From an uncultured Thermotogae bacterium (GTDB taxonomy: Bacteria; Bipolaricaulota; Bipolaricaulia; UBA7950; UBA9294): a stretch of 60,201 nt of DNA. The notes under the pieces are model-generated. The model made no database searches. It had not been told where the DNA came from and worked only from the letters and a program-made list of their open reading frames with translations. Location: NCBI GenBank assembly GCA_964528085.1, contig CAZGRE010000001.1, positions 20,633 to 80,833 on the forward strand, written 5' to 3'. Position 1 is the stretch's first letter. Each line of letters begins with the position of its first letter. The position numbers were made by a program, and so were the translations under genes. Shown here piece by piece: positions 19,091-28,895 of the stretch.

Positions 19091-20260
19091 ATGGTGAACA
19101 GGTCAAGGACAAGAAGAGCGCTGATCATCGCAATCCCGGTGATCGCCCTCGTCATCGCGATCGGGGTCGGCGGAAGCCAACAGACGGGAGACGACCTGTT
19201 CGCACCGGTATACCAGATCTATCAGTACATCAAAAGCTACTTCTACAAGCCCGAGTTGATCGACGATCAGAAGGCCCTGTACGGGGCGATGAAAGGGGTC
19301 GTCGAACAGCTCGGCGATCCGTACAGCGAGTTCCTCGATCCCGAGGAGAGGGAGCTGTTCGATGAGGCACTGGAAGGGGAGTTCACCGGCGTCGGGATCG
19401 AGATCACGATCGTCGATAATGTGCTGACGGTCATCACGCCCCTCGTCGGGACGCCGGCGGAGGCGGCCGGTGTCCTCGCCGGCGACCGGATCCTTCAGAT
19501 CGACGGTGAATCGACGGAAGGGATAACGCTCACCGAGGCGGCGTACCGGATCCGCGGTGAGGAGGGGACGACCGTCGTGTTGACCGTGCGGCACGAGGAC
19601 GGGACGGTGGAGGATATCCCGATCGTCCGCGCGAAGATCGAGATCGCGTCCGTGGAGAGCGAGCCCCTCTCCGACGGGAGGATCGGCTACATAAGGATCT
19701 TCCGGTTCGAATCCGACACCGTCTCCGAGCTCGATCGCGCCATCAACTCGCTCGACCTCGAAAACCTCACCGGGCTGATCCTCGACCTGCGGAACGACCC
19801 GGGCGGGTACGTCCCGACGGCAGTCGAGGTCGCGAAGAGGTTCATCGACGACGGGATCATCGTGATAATGAAGGATCGGGTGAGCGGTGAGCGGAAGTAC
19901 TACTCGCACGGAAACTCGGTCCCGAACGTCCCGCTCGCCGTCCTGATCAACCGGGGTACGGCGAGCGCATCGGAGATCGTCGCAGGCGCGATCCGGGACA
20001 ACGGGATGGGGATCCTGATCGGGGAGAAATCGTTCGGCAAAGGGGTCTACCAGTCGTTCATCGACTTCCCCGACGGATCGGCGCTGAAGATCACCTCGGG
20101 GGAGTACTTCACCCCCCGCGGAGATGTGGTGAACGGAATCGGCCTGTCCCCTGACATCGAGGTCGACGAGGACACCGATCCGATCGACGTCGCGAAGTCA
20201 TGGATCGAGGCCCACGCCGGGGTCGAGATGCCGATCGACCTCGACGAAGAGAGCGGATGA
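19091..20260 (+). CDS. Carboxyl-terminal processing protease (peptidase S41) with PDZ domain
   Basis: The PDZ region is followed by LILDLRNDPGGY and NRGTASASEI motifs. The start is set at ATG 19091, before the signal/anchor (MVNRSRTRRALIIAIPVIALVIAI). Confidence 0.85.
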   Translation: MVNRSRTRRALIIAIPVIALVIAIGVGGSQQTGDDLFAPVYQIYQYIKSYFYKPELIDDQKALYGAMKGVVEQLGDPYSEFLDPEERELFDEALEGEFTGVGIEITIVDNVLTVITPLVGTPAEAAGVLAGDRILQIDGESTEGITLTEAAYRIRGEEGTTVVLTVRHEDGTVEDIPIVRAKIEIASVESEPLSDGRIGYIRIFRFESDTVSELDRAINSLDLENLTGLILDLRNDPGGYVPTAVEVAKRFIDDGIIVIMKDRVSGERKYYSHGNSVPNVPLAVLINRGTASASEIVAGAIRDNGMGILIGEKSFGKGVYQSFIDFPDGSALKITSGEYFTPRGDVVNGIGLSPDIEVDEDTDPIDVAKSWIEAHAGVEMPIDLDEESG

Positions 20261-21249
20261 AGCTCTCCGTCCTCGGAGCGGGGGGGTGGGGGACAGCGAT
20301 AGCCCGCCTCCTTGCGAACAGCTCGCACGAGACTCTCCTGTGGGCGCGCAATCCTAAGAGGGCGGAGAAGATCGCCCGAACCCGCGAGAACAAGAGGTAC
20401 CTCCCCGGCGTATCCCTCCCTTTCAGCCTCAAGGTGACGGCGGATTTGGAAGAGGCGCTCAAGGTAGATGCGATCTTCCTTGCTGTGCCGTCGTTTGCAA
20501 TGGCCGAGCTCCTTGAGAGGCTCGCCGGTTTCAGGAAGCTACCGAAGACGGTGATCAACCTCGCCAAAGGGCTCGACCGCGCCTCCCGCCGGACGATGTC
20601 CGAGCTGATCGAGGAGCATCTCCCCGGGGTAGCGGCATTCACCCTCTCCGGCCCGAGCCACGCCGAGGAGGTCGGGAGGGACATGCCGACCGCGGTCGTA
20701 CTCGCCGGGCGGGACCTGAAGCTCGGATCCTCCCTTCAGCACGCGATCGCGACCCCCCGCTTCCGGGTCTATCTCTCCGATGACATCCGCGGGGTCGAGC
20801 TCTGCGGAACGGTGAAGAACATCATCGCGATCGCAAGCGGCATCTCGGACGGGTTGGGGTACGGGGACAACAGCCGCGGCGCGCTGATCACCCGCGGACT
20901 GACGGAGATGTCCCGATTCGGGGAGCACCTATCGATCAAGAAGGAGACCCTGTTCGGCCTCTCCGGCCTCGGCGACCTCGTGGCGACGTGCACGAGCGAG
21001 CACAGCCGGAACCGTTACGTCGGCTACCGCCTCGGGAAGGGGGAGAGGATCGAGGATATCCTGAGCGGGATGAATATGGTCGCCGAAGGGGTCTACGCCA
21101 CCCGGATCGTCCATGCGATGGCGAAGGAGCGGAAGATCGAGATGCCGATCACCGAAGCGGTGCACGCCCTCTTGACCGGGAGGGCCGATCCGCTCAGCCT
21201 GGTCGATAGGATCATGACCCGTTCCCCGAAGCGGGAGGGATTCTCATAG
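20257..21249 (+). CDS. gpsA: NAD(P)H-dependent glycerol-3-phosphate dehydrogenase
   Basis: MKLSVLGAGGWGTA Rossmann start (ATGA overlap with the ctp stop) and the NLAKG and GELCGTVKN-type motifs. Confidence 0.9.
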   Translation: MKLSVLGAGGWGTAIARLLANSSHETLLWARNPKRAEKIARTRENKRYLPGVSLPFSLKVTADLEEALKVDAIFLAVPSFAMAELLERLAGFRKLPKTVINLAKGLDRASRRTMSELIEEHLPGVAAFTLSGPSHAEEVGRDMPTAVVLAGRDLKLGSSLQHAIATPRFRVYLSDDIRGVELCGTVKNIIAIASGISDGLGYGDNSRGALITRGLTEMSRFGEHLSIKKETLFGLSGLGDLVATCTSEHSRNRYVGYRLGKGERIEDILSGMNMVAEGVYATRIVHAMAKERKIEMPITEAVHALLTGRADPLSLVDRIMTRSPKREGFS

Positions 21250-21250
21250 G

Positions 21251-22465
21251 ATGGACCGGTATCACGTGATCGTGATCGGGGGAGGCCCGATCGGCGCGGC
21301 CGCCGCACGCGAGGCGGCGAGATCCGGGGCGCGGACCCTCCTCGTCGAGCGGAGAAAGAGGATGGAAGGGCCGGTCCCCTGCACAGGCCTGGTCAGCCCA
21401 CGCACCCTCCCCACCCTCGGGGGATCATCGAAATCGATCATCCGGGAGATCCGCGCGGTGACGGCGCACGCCCCGGATGGAAGTCGCCTTCACCTCCGGA
21501 GCGATGAGACGAAAGGGCTTGTCATCGACCGACCATCCCTCGAAATGGAGCTCCTTGAGGCCGCCCGCTCGGCCGGGGCCGAGATCCTGTTGGGAACGAA
21601 GGCCGATGTCAAAAGGGAGGGTGAGATAACCCTCGTCTCCGAGTCGGGGGAAGAGCGGTTGGAGGCGGATGTGATAATCGGGGCGGATGGATCGAAAAGC
21701 AGGATCGCCTCCGAATTCGGGCTCACTTGTGATCAGCCGCCGCTTTCGGCCGCCCAGGCGGTGATCGAGGCCGAACCGGAAGAGGAGGATAGGGTCGAGG
21801 TCTACTTCGGCCGGACCGTCGCCCCCGGTTTCTTCGGCTGGGCCGTCCCGGCCGAGCGCAACCGGGTCAGGGTCGGCGTCGCTATCACAGCAGGTATTGA
21901 CCCGAAACCGTTCCTCGATCGGCTCCTCGCCGTTCATTTCCCGACAAGCCGGGTCGTCTCCCGCGCCTTCGGCCTCATCCCCTCCCGCCCGGTCGATCGC
22001 TCGATCGCCGATCGGGTCATCCTCGTCGGCGACGCCGCCGGTCAGGTGAAGCCCCTATCCGGAGGGGGTCTTTACACCGGCGGGATCTGCGCCCGGATCG
22101 CGGGGAGGATCGCCGCCGAAGCCGCCCTCTCCGGCCGGAGCGACCGGGAATCCCTGATCGAATACGAGACCGAATGGCAGGGGGCGATCGGATCCGAGAT
22201 CCGGTTCGGGCTCGCCGCCCGGGAGGCCCTCCTCCCCCTCGACGATCGAGGGATCAACGCCCTCTTCTCCTCCATCGACGATCCCGACCTACTCCGGTTC
22301 ATCGCAGAATCAGGCGACATCGACCGGCCGAGCCTGCTCATCCCCGCGCTCATCCGCCGCCCTCACCTGTGGGAGCTGGTCCTTCAGATCGCAAGGATCA
22401 TGGAGGAGTATAAGGAGAAGGAGGACGTCCGGCCGCTTGGTCAGGGTCTGAATGCCGACCTATAA
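21251..22465 (+). CDS. Geranylgeranyl reductase family FAD-dependent oxidoreductase
   Basis: VIVIGGGPIGAAAA FAD fold, VPCTG, GADGSKSRIA and LVGDAAGQVKPLSGGGL motifs typical of GGR/ChlP-like enzymes. Confidence 0.75.
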   Translation: MDRYHVIVIGGGPIGAAAAREAARSGARTLLVERRKRMEGPVPCTGLVSPRTLPTLGGSSKSIIREIRAVTAHAPDGSRLHLRSDETKGLVIDRPSLEMELLEAARSAGAEILLGTKADVKREGEITLVSESGEERLEADVIIGADGSKSRIASEFGLTCDQPPLSAAQAVIEAEPEEEDRVEVYFGRTVAPGFFGWAVPAERNRVRVGVAITAGIDPKPFLDRLLAVHFPTSRVVSRAFGLIPSRPVDRSIADRVILVGDAAGQVKPLSGGGLYTGGICARIAGRIAAEAALSGRSDRESLIEYETEWQGAIGSEIRFGLAAREALLPLDDRGINALFSSIDDPDLLRFIAESGDIDRPSLLIPALIRRPHLWELVLQIARIMEEYKEKEDVRPLGQGLNADL

Positions 22466-24590
22466 TCTTCTGACAATGGCAAAGAAAAGAGGGAAGAAAG
22501 GGGAGAGGAGGAACGAGCGGATCCCGTGGGAGCGGATACTCGTCTATGGGATAGCGTTCATCGTATTCGCCATCCCCTTGTTCATCTGGCCGGGGATCAC
22601 GGAGTACGGCTACGGAAAGTCGATCGTCGGATTGATCGCGATATCCCTCCTTTCGATCCTATGGGGGGTCTCGGCCTGGGAGAGGAAGGCCTGGTCGATC
22701 CGGATCCCGTGGATCATATTCCCCGTCCTCGGGTTCGTCATCGCCTCCCTGTTCTCGCTCCTCAGCGCGACAAACGGGAGGGTCGTGGTGCAGAGCCTCG
22801 TCCTCGTCGTCTTCTTCTTCCAGCTTTTTTTAATCATCGCAAACGTCGTCCGCGAGAAGAAGGACGTAAACCTGATCCTGTTCTCGCTCCTCGCATCCGG
22901 CTTCCTCGCCGCCCTGTATGGGATGCTGCAATACCTCGGCGTCATGCGCGGGACGGTGATCGGCGGATCGGGGCTGGGGAACATCATCTCCACGATGGGG
23001 AACCGGAACTACCTCGGCGGTTTCCTCGCCTACATCCTATTCCCGGCCGTCGTCCTGATCGTACGCCTCCGCTCGCGGTCGCTCCGCGCGCTGGCGATCC
23101 TCCTGATCGCGTTCTCGTTCGGGATGACGATGATGGTCCACCAGATGGGGGTGGTGGTGGCGCTGATCGTCGCAGCGGTCGCGCTGATCATCGGCCTTCT
23201 CATATTCCGACCGGTCGAGCCGATCCGGAAGAATCGCGGATGGCTGATCGCCCTCGGGCTGGCGCTCGTCATCACGTTCCTGATCGAGGCCCCAGCAGGG
23301 CCGCTGAACTCGGTCGTCGGTCTGTCGGCCGATAGCTGGATCGGGCGGATATGGGCGGCGAGCTCGGGGAAGACCCGCTCGTGGGACTGGTGGGTCGGCT
23401 GGGAGATGTTCAAGGATCATCCCCTGACCGGGGTCGGCCTCGGAAACTACAAGCTCAACTTCATCCCGTACAAGGCGAAGTTCCTCGCCACCCCGCGGGG
23501 GGAGGGATATAACTTCTACATCCCGCGGGCGGCGCAGGCGCACAACGAATACGTGCAGATCATAGCCGAGCTTGGAATCCTCGGCCTGATCGCGCTTCTA
23601 TCCCTCATCGTCATCCTCCCGCTCTCCGTCTGGAGGAGGCTGCGGAGAAACGCCGATGAAGGGGACCGGTTCGACCTTATCCTCCTCGCTTGCGGGATGG
23701 TCGCCTTCCTCGTCCACGCCCTCGTCAGCTTCCCCGCCCATCTACCGGCGTCGAGCCTCGCCGTCCTCGTCGCCGGCGGGCTCCTCTTCTCCCGCGCCTA
23801 CGGGGAGGAGGCGACGGCGAAGCTCTCCCTCTCCGGCTGGGGGATGAAGTCGGCGCTCGCAGCGGTCACAGTGATTGGCATCGTCGTATCGGTCATCGCC
23901 GGCCGGGACCTTCAGGCGAACGTCCTCATGGGTAAAGGGATCGAGCAACTCCAGCTGGGGAATATCCAGAAGGCCGAAGAGACGCTGAAACGGAGCGTGA
24001 GGCTAGACTTCGCGCCGCGACAGACCTACTACTATCTCGCCGCAGCACAGGCGAAGCTCGGAAAGTACGACGAGGCCCTCTCGAACTACGAGCGCTGCCT
24101 CACCCGGTTCGTCGACGAACAGGTCTACCTCATGTACGCCGACCTCGCGACGACGCTCGGAAAGACCGAGGAGGCAAGCGGTGCCCTCGAGCTTCTCCTT
24201 GAATCCCATCCGAGCCGGGAGATCGAGACGAGGGCCCGCTACATCGAGGCGAATATCGCCCTCAAGGAGAGGGACTATTCAAGAGCGATCGACATCCTCG
24301 AGCGGCTGATAGAGGACGCCCCGAATTTCGAGCTCGCCTACATCGGCCTCGGGAACATCTTCTTAGCGAGGGGGATGCCGGTGAACGCTCGGAGTGCATT
24401 CGAGGAGGGGCTCGCCGTCATCGAGAAGCGCCTGGCGGCGGCCGAGCGGAGGCTTTCAGGGGCGAGGCAGATGTCGACGGAGACCTACGGGCAGCTCCGC
24501 CAGACGATCGAGACCCTGAGGAAGGAGCGGGACTACATAACCGCCCAGCTTAAGAAGCTTCCGGGGGCGGAATCGAACCCGTCTCCTTGA
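22452..24590 (+). CDS. O-antigen ligase (Wzy_C)-like polytopic membrane protein with C-terminal TPR repeats
   Basis: 712 aa. Many TM segments, the AHNEYVQIIAELGILG motif, then TPR-like repeats. The start could instead be ATG 22476 (MAKKRGKK). Confidence 0.7.
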   Translation: MPTYNLLTMAKKRGKKGERRNERIPWERILVYGIAFIVFAIPLFIWPGITEYGYGKSIVGLIAISLLSILWGVSAWERKAWSIRIPWIIFPVLGFVIASLFSLLSATNGRVVVQSLVLVVFFFQLFLIIANVVREKKDVNLILFSLLASGFLAALYGMLQYLGVMRGTVIGGSGLGNIISTMGNRNYLGGFLAYILFPAVVLIVRLRSRSLRALAILLIAFSFGMTMMVHQMGVVVALIVAAVALIIGLLIFRPVEPIRKNRGWLIALGLALVITFLIEAPAGPLNSVVGLSADSWIGRIWAASSGKTRSWDWWVGWEMFKDHPLTGVGLGNYKLNFIPYKAKFLATPRGEGYNFYIPRAAQAHNEYVQIIAELGILGLIALLSLIVILPLSVWRRLRRNADEGDRFDLILLACGMVAFLVHALVSFPAHLPASSLAVLVAGGLLFSRAYGEEATAKLSLSGWGMKSALAAVTVIGIVVSVIAGRDLQANVLMGKGIEQLQLGNIQKAEETLKRSVRLDFAPRQTYYYLAAAQAKLGKYDEALSNYERCLTRFVDEQVYLMYADLATTLGKTEEASGALELLLESHPSREIETRARYIEANIALKERDYSRAIDILERLIEDAPNFELAYIGLGNIFLARGMPVNARSAFEEGLAVIEKRLAAAERRLSGARQMSTETYGQLRQTIETLRKERDYITAQLKKLPGAESNPSP

Positions 24591-24631
24591 AGCCCGATTC
24601 AGCCGTTCCTATACTGACTGCGTGATCGAAA

Positions 24632-27208
24632 ATGGCGATTGATACGATCCGCCGCACCGTCGACTTCCTGTTCGGCCAGACGAACGCGCAGCAGCTGAAG
24701 CGGCTCGAACGCGAGCTCCAAGAGATCAACGCGCTCGAGAAGGGAATAAGCTCGCTGAGCGATCAGGCCCTACGGGCGAAGACGGATGAGTTCAAGCTCA
24801 GGCTGAAGCGCGGCGAATCGAAGCTCGATATCCGGCCCGAAGCGTACGCCGTCGTCCGCGAGGTCGCGAAGAGGACGGTCGGGATGCGGCCGTTCGATGT
24901 GCAGATCCTCGGTGCCCTCGCCCTCGACAACCGCCGGATCGCGGAGATGCAGACCGGTGAGGGTAAGACCCTCGTCGCCACCCTACCGGCCTATCTGAAC
25001 GCCCTCGTCGGGAAGGTACACGTCGTCACGGTCAACGACTACCTCGCCCGCCGCGACCGGGAGTGGATGGGGCCGATATACGAGTTCCTCGGGCTCTCCG
25101 TCGGCCTCCTCCAGGAGGACACCCCCCCGGACGAGCGGAAGGAGGCGTATCGGGCGGACATAACCTACGGGACGAACAACCAGTTCGGGTTCGACTACCT
25201 CCGCGACAACATGGTCCTCTCCGCCGATCAGAAGGTGCAGGGGCCGCTCGACTTCGCCATCATCGACGAGATCGACAACATCCTGATCGACGAGGCACGG
25301 ACCCCTCTCATCATCTCCGGCTCGACGGCCGAGTCGATCGACCTCTACCGAAAGTTCGCATCACTCGCCCGCCGGTTCCGGAAGGACGAGGACTTCGAGA
25401 TCGACGAGGAGGCACGCCGGCTGACCCTGACCGACGCAGGGATCCACAAGGCGGAAGAGGCGCTGAACGTCGACAACCTGTTCACACCCGAGCATCAGGA
25501 GACCCTCCACTACCTCGAGAACGCGCTCCGCGCCCTGCACATGTTCCACAAGGAACAGCACTACATCGTCAAGGACGGACGGGTGATGATCGTCGATGAG
25601 TTCACCGGCCGGCTGATGCCGGACCGCCGCTACTCCGACGGCCTCCACCAGGCGCTCGAGGCGAAGGAGGGCCTGACCGTTCAGCGCGAGTCTCAGACCC
25701 TGGCGCAGATCACGCTCCAGCACTACTTCCAGCTGTACAAGGGCCTGTGCGGAATGACCGGAACGGCGAAGACGGAGGAGGAGGAGTTCAAGGAGATCTA
25801 CGGGCTCCCGGTCCTCGTCATCCCGACGAACAAGCCGCTCCGCCGCGATGCGAAGCCGGACCTCATCTTCAGGACCCGCAAGGCGAAGTTCGAGGCGATC
25901 GCCGAGGAGGTCGAACGGCTTCACAAGGAGGGGCGGCCGGTCTTGATCGGGACGAACTCGATCGAAAAATCGGAGTATCTCTCGAAGCTTCTGAAGAAGC
26001 GGGGGCTGTCCCACCACGTCCTGAACGCCAAGTACCACGAGAAGGAGGCGGAGATCGTCGCCCAGGCCGGCCAGAGGGGAGCGATAACGGTGGCGACGAA
26101 CATGGCCGGGAGGGGGACTGACATCAAGCTCGGTGAAGGGGTGGCGGAGCTCGGCGGGCTGCACGTCATCGGGTGTCAGCGCCACGAGTCGAGAAGGATC
26201 GACAACCAGCTGATCGGCCGCGCCGGAAGGCAGGGGGATCCCGGCTCGTCGCAGTTCTACCTCTCGCTCGAGGACGACCTCCTCCGGATCTTCGGCGGGG
26301 ATCGGATCGGCCCGCTGATGGACCGATTCGGGATGAAGGAGGGGGAGGCGATCGAGCACAACCTGTTGACGAGCGCGATCCGCCGGGCACAGAAGCGGGT
26401 CGAGGGGAGGAACTTCGAGATCAGAAAGAGGCTCCTCGAGTTCGACCTCGTCCTCGCCAAGCAGCGTCAGGCGATCTACTCCCTTCGCGACCGCTTCCTC
26501 CTCCCTTCCTCCCCGGAAGAGGAGATCCCGGAGGAGGAGCAAGAGAACCTCGATCAATACCTTCATGATCTATTCGAGGAGATCGCCGAGAACCTCGTCA
26601 ACGCCTACGCAGCGCCTAACGCTCCGCGGGACTCCTGGAACATCAGTGGCCTTGCGCGGGAGCTCTCGACGTACGGTCCGATCGCTTCGTCAAGCCTGGA
26701 GAGGAAGGATCATGGCGGGCTGATCGAGACCGCGGTCGGTCACCTGAAAGCCGCCCTTGCAGCGCAGAAGGAACGGATCGGAAAGCCGTTCCCCTTGATC
26801 GCCCGCTATGTCATCCTGACCACCCTCGACGAGGCGTGGCGGACGCACCTGTACAACCTCGACGATCTGAAAGGGGGGATCGGCTGGACCGCCTACGCCG
26901 GGACCGACCCGCTCGTCGCGTTCAAGCGGGAATCGTTCGCCATGTTCCAGGAGATGCTCGCCCACACCGCGGAGAAGATCGTCCGGATCCTCTTAAACCC
27001 GAGGCTTACCGTCAAGCCAGCCGGTTCACCGACCAGGCCGCAGCGGAAGATCGACTACCTCCACCTCCAGGGGGAGAGGCCGGGACCGACCCCGGAGAGG
27101 CCGAGGCCCCGTCGCCCGGTCAAGGTCGGGAAGAAGCCAGGTCGGAACGACCCCTGCCCGTGCGGATCGGGGAAGAAGTACAAGAACTGCTGCGGTCGGA
27201 ATCAATAG
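24632..27208 (+). CDS. secA: Preprotein translocase ATPase SecA
   Basis: 858 aa. MQTGEGKTLVATLP Walker A, DEAR-type DEIDNILIDEARTPLIISG, and the C-terminal Zn finger CPCGSGKKYKNCCG. Confidence 0.95.
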   Translation: MAIDTIRRTVDFLFGQTNAQQLKRLERELQEINALEKGISSLSDQALRAKTDEFKLRLKRGESKLDIRPEAYAVVREVAKRTVGMRPFDVQILGALALDNRRIAEMQTGEGKTLVATLPAYLNALVGKVHVVTVNDYLARRDREWMGPIYEFLGLSVGLLQEDTPPDERKEAYRADITYGTNNQFGFDYLRDNMVLSADQKVQGPLDFAIIDEIDNILIDEARTPLIISGSTAESIDLYRKFASLARRFRKDEDFEIDEEARRLTLTDAGIHKAEEALNVDNLFTPEHQETLHYLENALRALHMFHKEQHYIVKDGRVMIVDEFTGRLMPDRRYSDGLHQALEAKEGLTVQRESQTLAQITLQHYFQLYKGLCGMTGTAKTEEEEFKEIYGLPVLVIPTNKPLRRDAKPDLIFRTRKAKFEAIAEEVERLHKEGRPVLIGTNSIEKSEYLSKLLKKRGLSHHVLNAKYHEKEAEIVAQAGQRGAITVATNMAGRGTDIKLGEGVAELGGLHVIGCQRHESRRIDNQLIGRAGRQGDPGSSQFYLSLEDDLLRIFGGDRIGPLMDRFGMKEGEAIEHNLLTSAIRRAQKRVEGRNFEIRKRLLEFDLVLAKQRQAIYSLRDRFLLPSSPEEEIPEEEQENLDQYLHDLFEEIAENLVNAYAAPNAPRDSWNISGLARELSTYGPIASSSLERKDHGGLIETAVGHLKAALAAQKERIGKPFPLIARYVILTTLDEAWRTHLYNLDDLKGGIGWTAYAGTDPLVAFKRESFAMFQEMLAHTAEKIVRILLNPRLTVKPAGSPTRPQRKIDYLHLQGERPGPTPERPRPRRPVKVGKKPGRNDPCPCGSGKKYKNCCGRNQ

Positions 27209-27990
27209 CCGACCCCGAGGAGGAGCTCATCGTCGACGATGTGCCTCCGGGAGAAGAGATCGACGAGGTCGCTCACCGTCGCAGATCTCTTCTCCTCGCC
27301 GGCGAGCGAGTAGACGATCCTCCCCTTGTGCATCATGACGAGCCGGTCCCCCCAGGCGATCGCCTGCTCCATGTTGTGGGTGACCATGATCGTCGTCAGA
27401 GAGGCCTCCGCCACGAGCTCACCGGTCATCTTCGTTATCGCCGCCGCATTCGCCGGATCGAGGGCCGCGGTATGCTCATCCAGCAGGAGGAGGTCGGGTA
27501 GGGCGAGGGTGACCATTGCCACCGTCAGGGCCTGCCTCTCCCCGCCGGACAGGGTGGATACGGGGTCGTTAAGCCTCCCCTCGAGCCCCATCCCGAGCCT
27601 CTCCATCAGCCTGCGCATCTCCCTCAGGCGGCCGGTCGTTATCGCCCGCCTGAGCCGGCGGCCCGAGCGCTTCATCGCGATGGCGAGGTTCTCCGCGACC
27701 GTCATCGATGGGACCGTACCGGCGACCGGATCCTGAACGATCCGACCGATCCAGCGAGCACGCCGGTACGCCGGAACCCCGGTCACATCGCGATCACCGA
27801 GGAGGATCCTCCCCGACGTCGGGGGGAAGCTCCCCGCGATCAGGTTGAGGAGCGTGCTCTTCCCGGCGCCGTTCGACCCGATCACGGTGAGGAAGTCACC
27901 CCGCTTGAGGTGAAGGTCGATCTCGCGGAGGGCGTGGACCCGTTCGCCCCCCGTCCCGAACGTCTTCGATACCCCTAAGAGCCTCAACAT
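27202..27990 (-). CDS. ABC transporter ATP-binding protein (partner of the PF04392-type binding protein)
   Basis: MLRLLGVSKTF start at 27990. Walker A GSNGAGKST, signature LSGGERQ, Walker B LLLLDEHTAALD. The track ORF to 28173 is an over-extension. Confidence 0.85.
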   Translation of the reverse strand: MLRLLGVSKTFGTGGERVHALREIDLHLKRGDFLTVIGSNGAGKSTLLNLIAGSFPPTSGRILLGDRDVTGVPAYRRARWIGRIVQDPVAGTVPSMTVAENLAIAMKRSGRRLRRAITTGRLREMRRLMERLGMGLEGRLNDPVSTLSGGERQALTVAMVTLALPDLLLLDEHTAALDPANAAAITKMTGELVAEASLTTIMVTHNMEQAIAWGDRLVMMHKGRIVYSLAGEEKRSATVSDLVDLFSRRHIVDDELLLGVGY

Positions 27991-28883
27991 GCGCGCACCC
28001 TCCTCTGCCTGCGATCGCGCAGGTAGGGGGCGACGAGGGCGAGGATCACGATCAGCGAGGTGATTAGCTTGAGATCGCTCGCCTCGAATCCGACCACGTA
28101 TCCGTAGCGGAGCGCGAGGACGACGGCGAGGCGGTAGACGATCGACCCGAGGAGGACGCTCGTCGTCATCCATCCCACCCTCCGCGAGCGGATCAGGGCC
28201 CCGCCGATGATCACCGCAGCGAGCCCGGTGACGATCGTCCCGATCCCCATCCCGACATCGGCGAATCCGCTGTACTGGGCGACGAGCCCCCCCGACAGGG
28301 CGACGAGCCCGTTCGCCAGGGAGAGCCCAACGAGCTTCATCGTAGCGGTGTTCACCCCATGGGCGGTGATCATACCCTCGCTCTCACCGGTGGCGCGGAG
28401 GGCGAACCCGATCTCCGTCCGGAGGAACGAGTCGAGGACGGCCTTGACCGCGAAGGTGATGAGGGCGATGAAGGCGACGACCGCCATCCCGCCGAGCGGC
28501 GACCACGCCGCCGCGATCAGCCGCGTCGCCGTCGGGACCCGGAGGAGCGAGATGTTCGGCCGCCCCATGATCCTCAGGTTGATCGAGTAGAGCATGATCA
28601 TCGTCAACACCCCGGCAAGGAGGTCCTTGATCCCAAGCTTCGTGTTCAGGATTCCGGTCACCATCCCGGCGAACATCCCGGCGATGAAGGCAAGCGGCAG
28701 GACGGTGAACGGGTCGATACCGAACCGTTTCAACAGGATCGAAGCGATGGCCGCTCCGGTGACGAAGCTTCCGTCGACCGTCAGATCCGGGAAGTCCAGG
28801 ATCCGATAGGTAAGGAACACACCGAGGGCAGCAATACCGTAGGCCAGGCCCTGTTCGAGTGCATGAAATAGGAGAGCAGCCAT
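27984..28883 (-). CDS. ABC transporter permease
   Basis: 299 aa polytopic membrane protein lying between the SBP and ATPase genes. Confidence 0.8.
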   Translation of the reverse strand: MAALLFHALEQGLAYGIAALGVFLTYRILDFPDLTVDGSFVTGAAIASILLKRFGIDPFTVLPLAFIAGMFAGMVTGILNTKLGIKDLLAGVLTMIMLYSINLRIMGRPNISLLRVPTATRLIAAAWSPLGGMAVVAFIALITFAVKAVLDSFLRTEIGFALRATGESEGMITAHGVNTATMKLVGLSLANGLVALSGGLVAQYSGFADVGMGIGTIVTGLAAVIIGGALIRSRRVGWMTTSVLLGSIVYRLAVVLALRYGYVVGFEASDLKLITSLIVILALVAPYLRDRRQRRVRAC

Positions 28884-28895
28884 CGCTTCCCCTTC

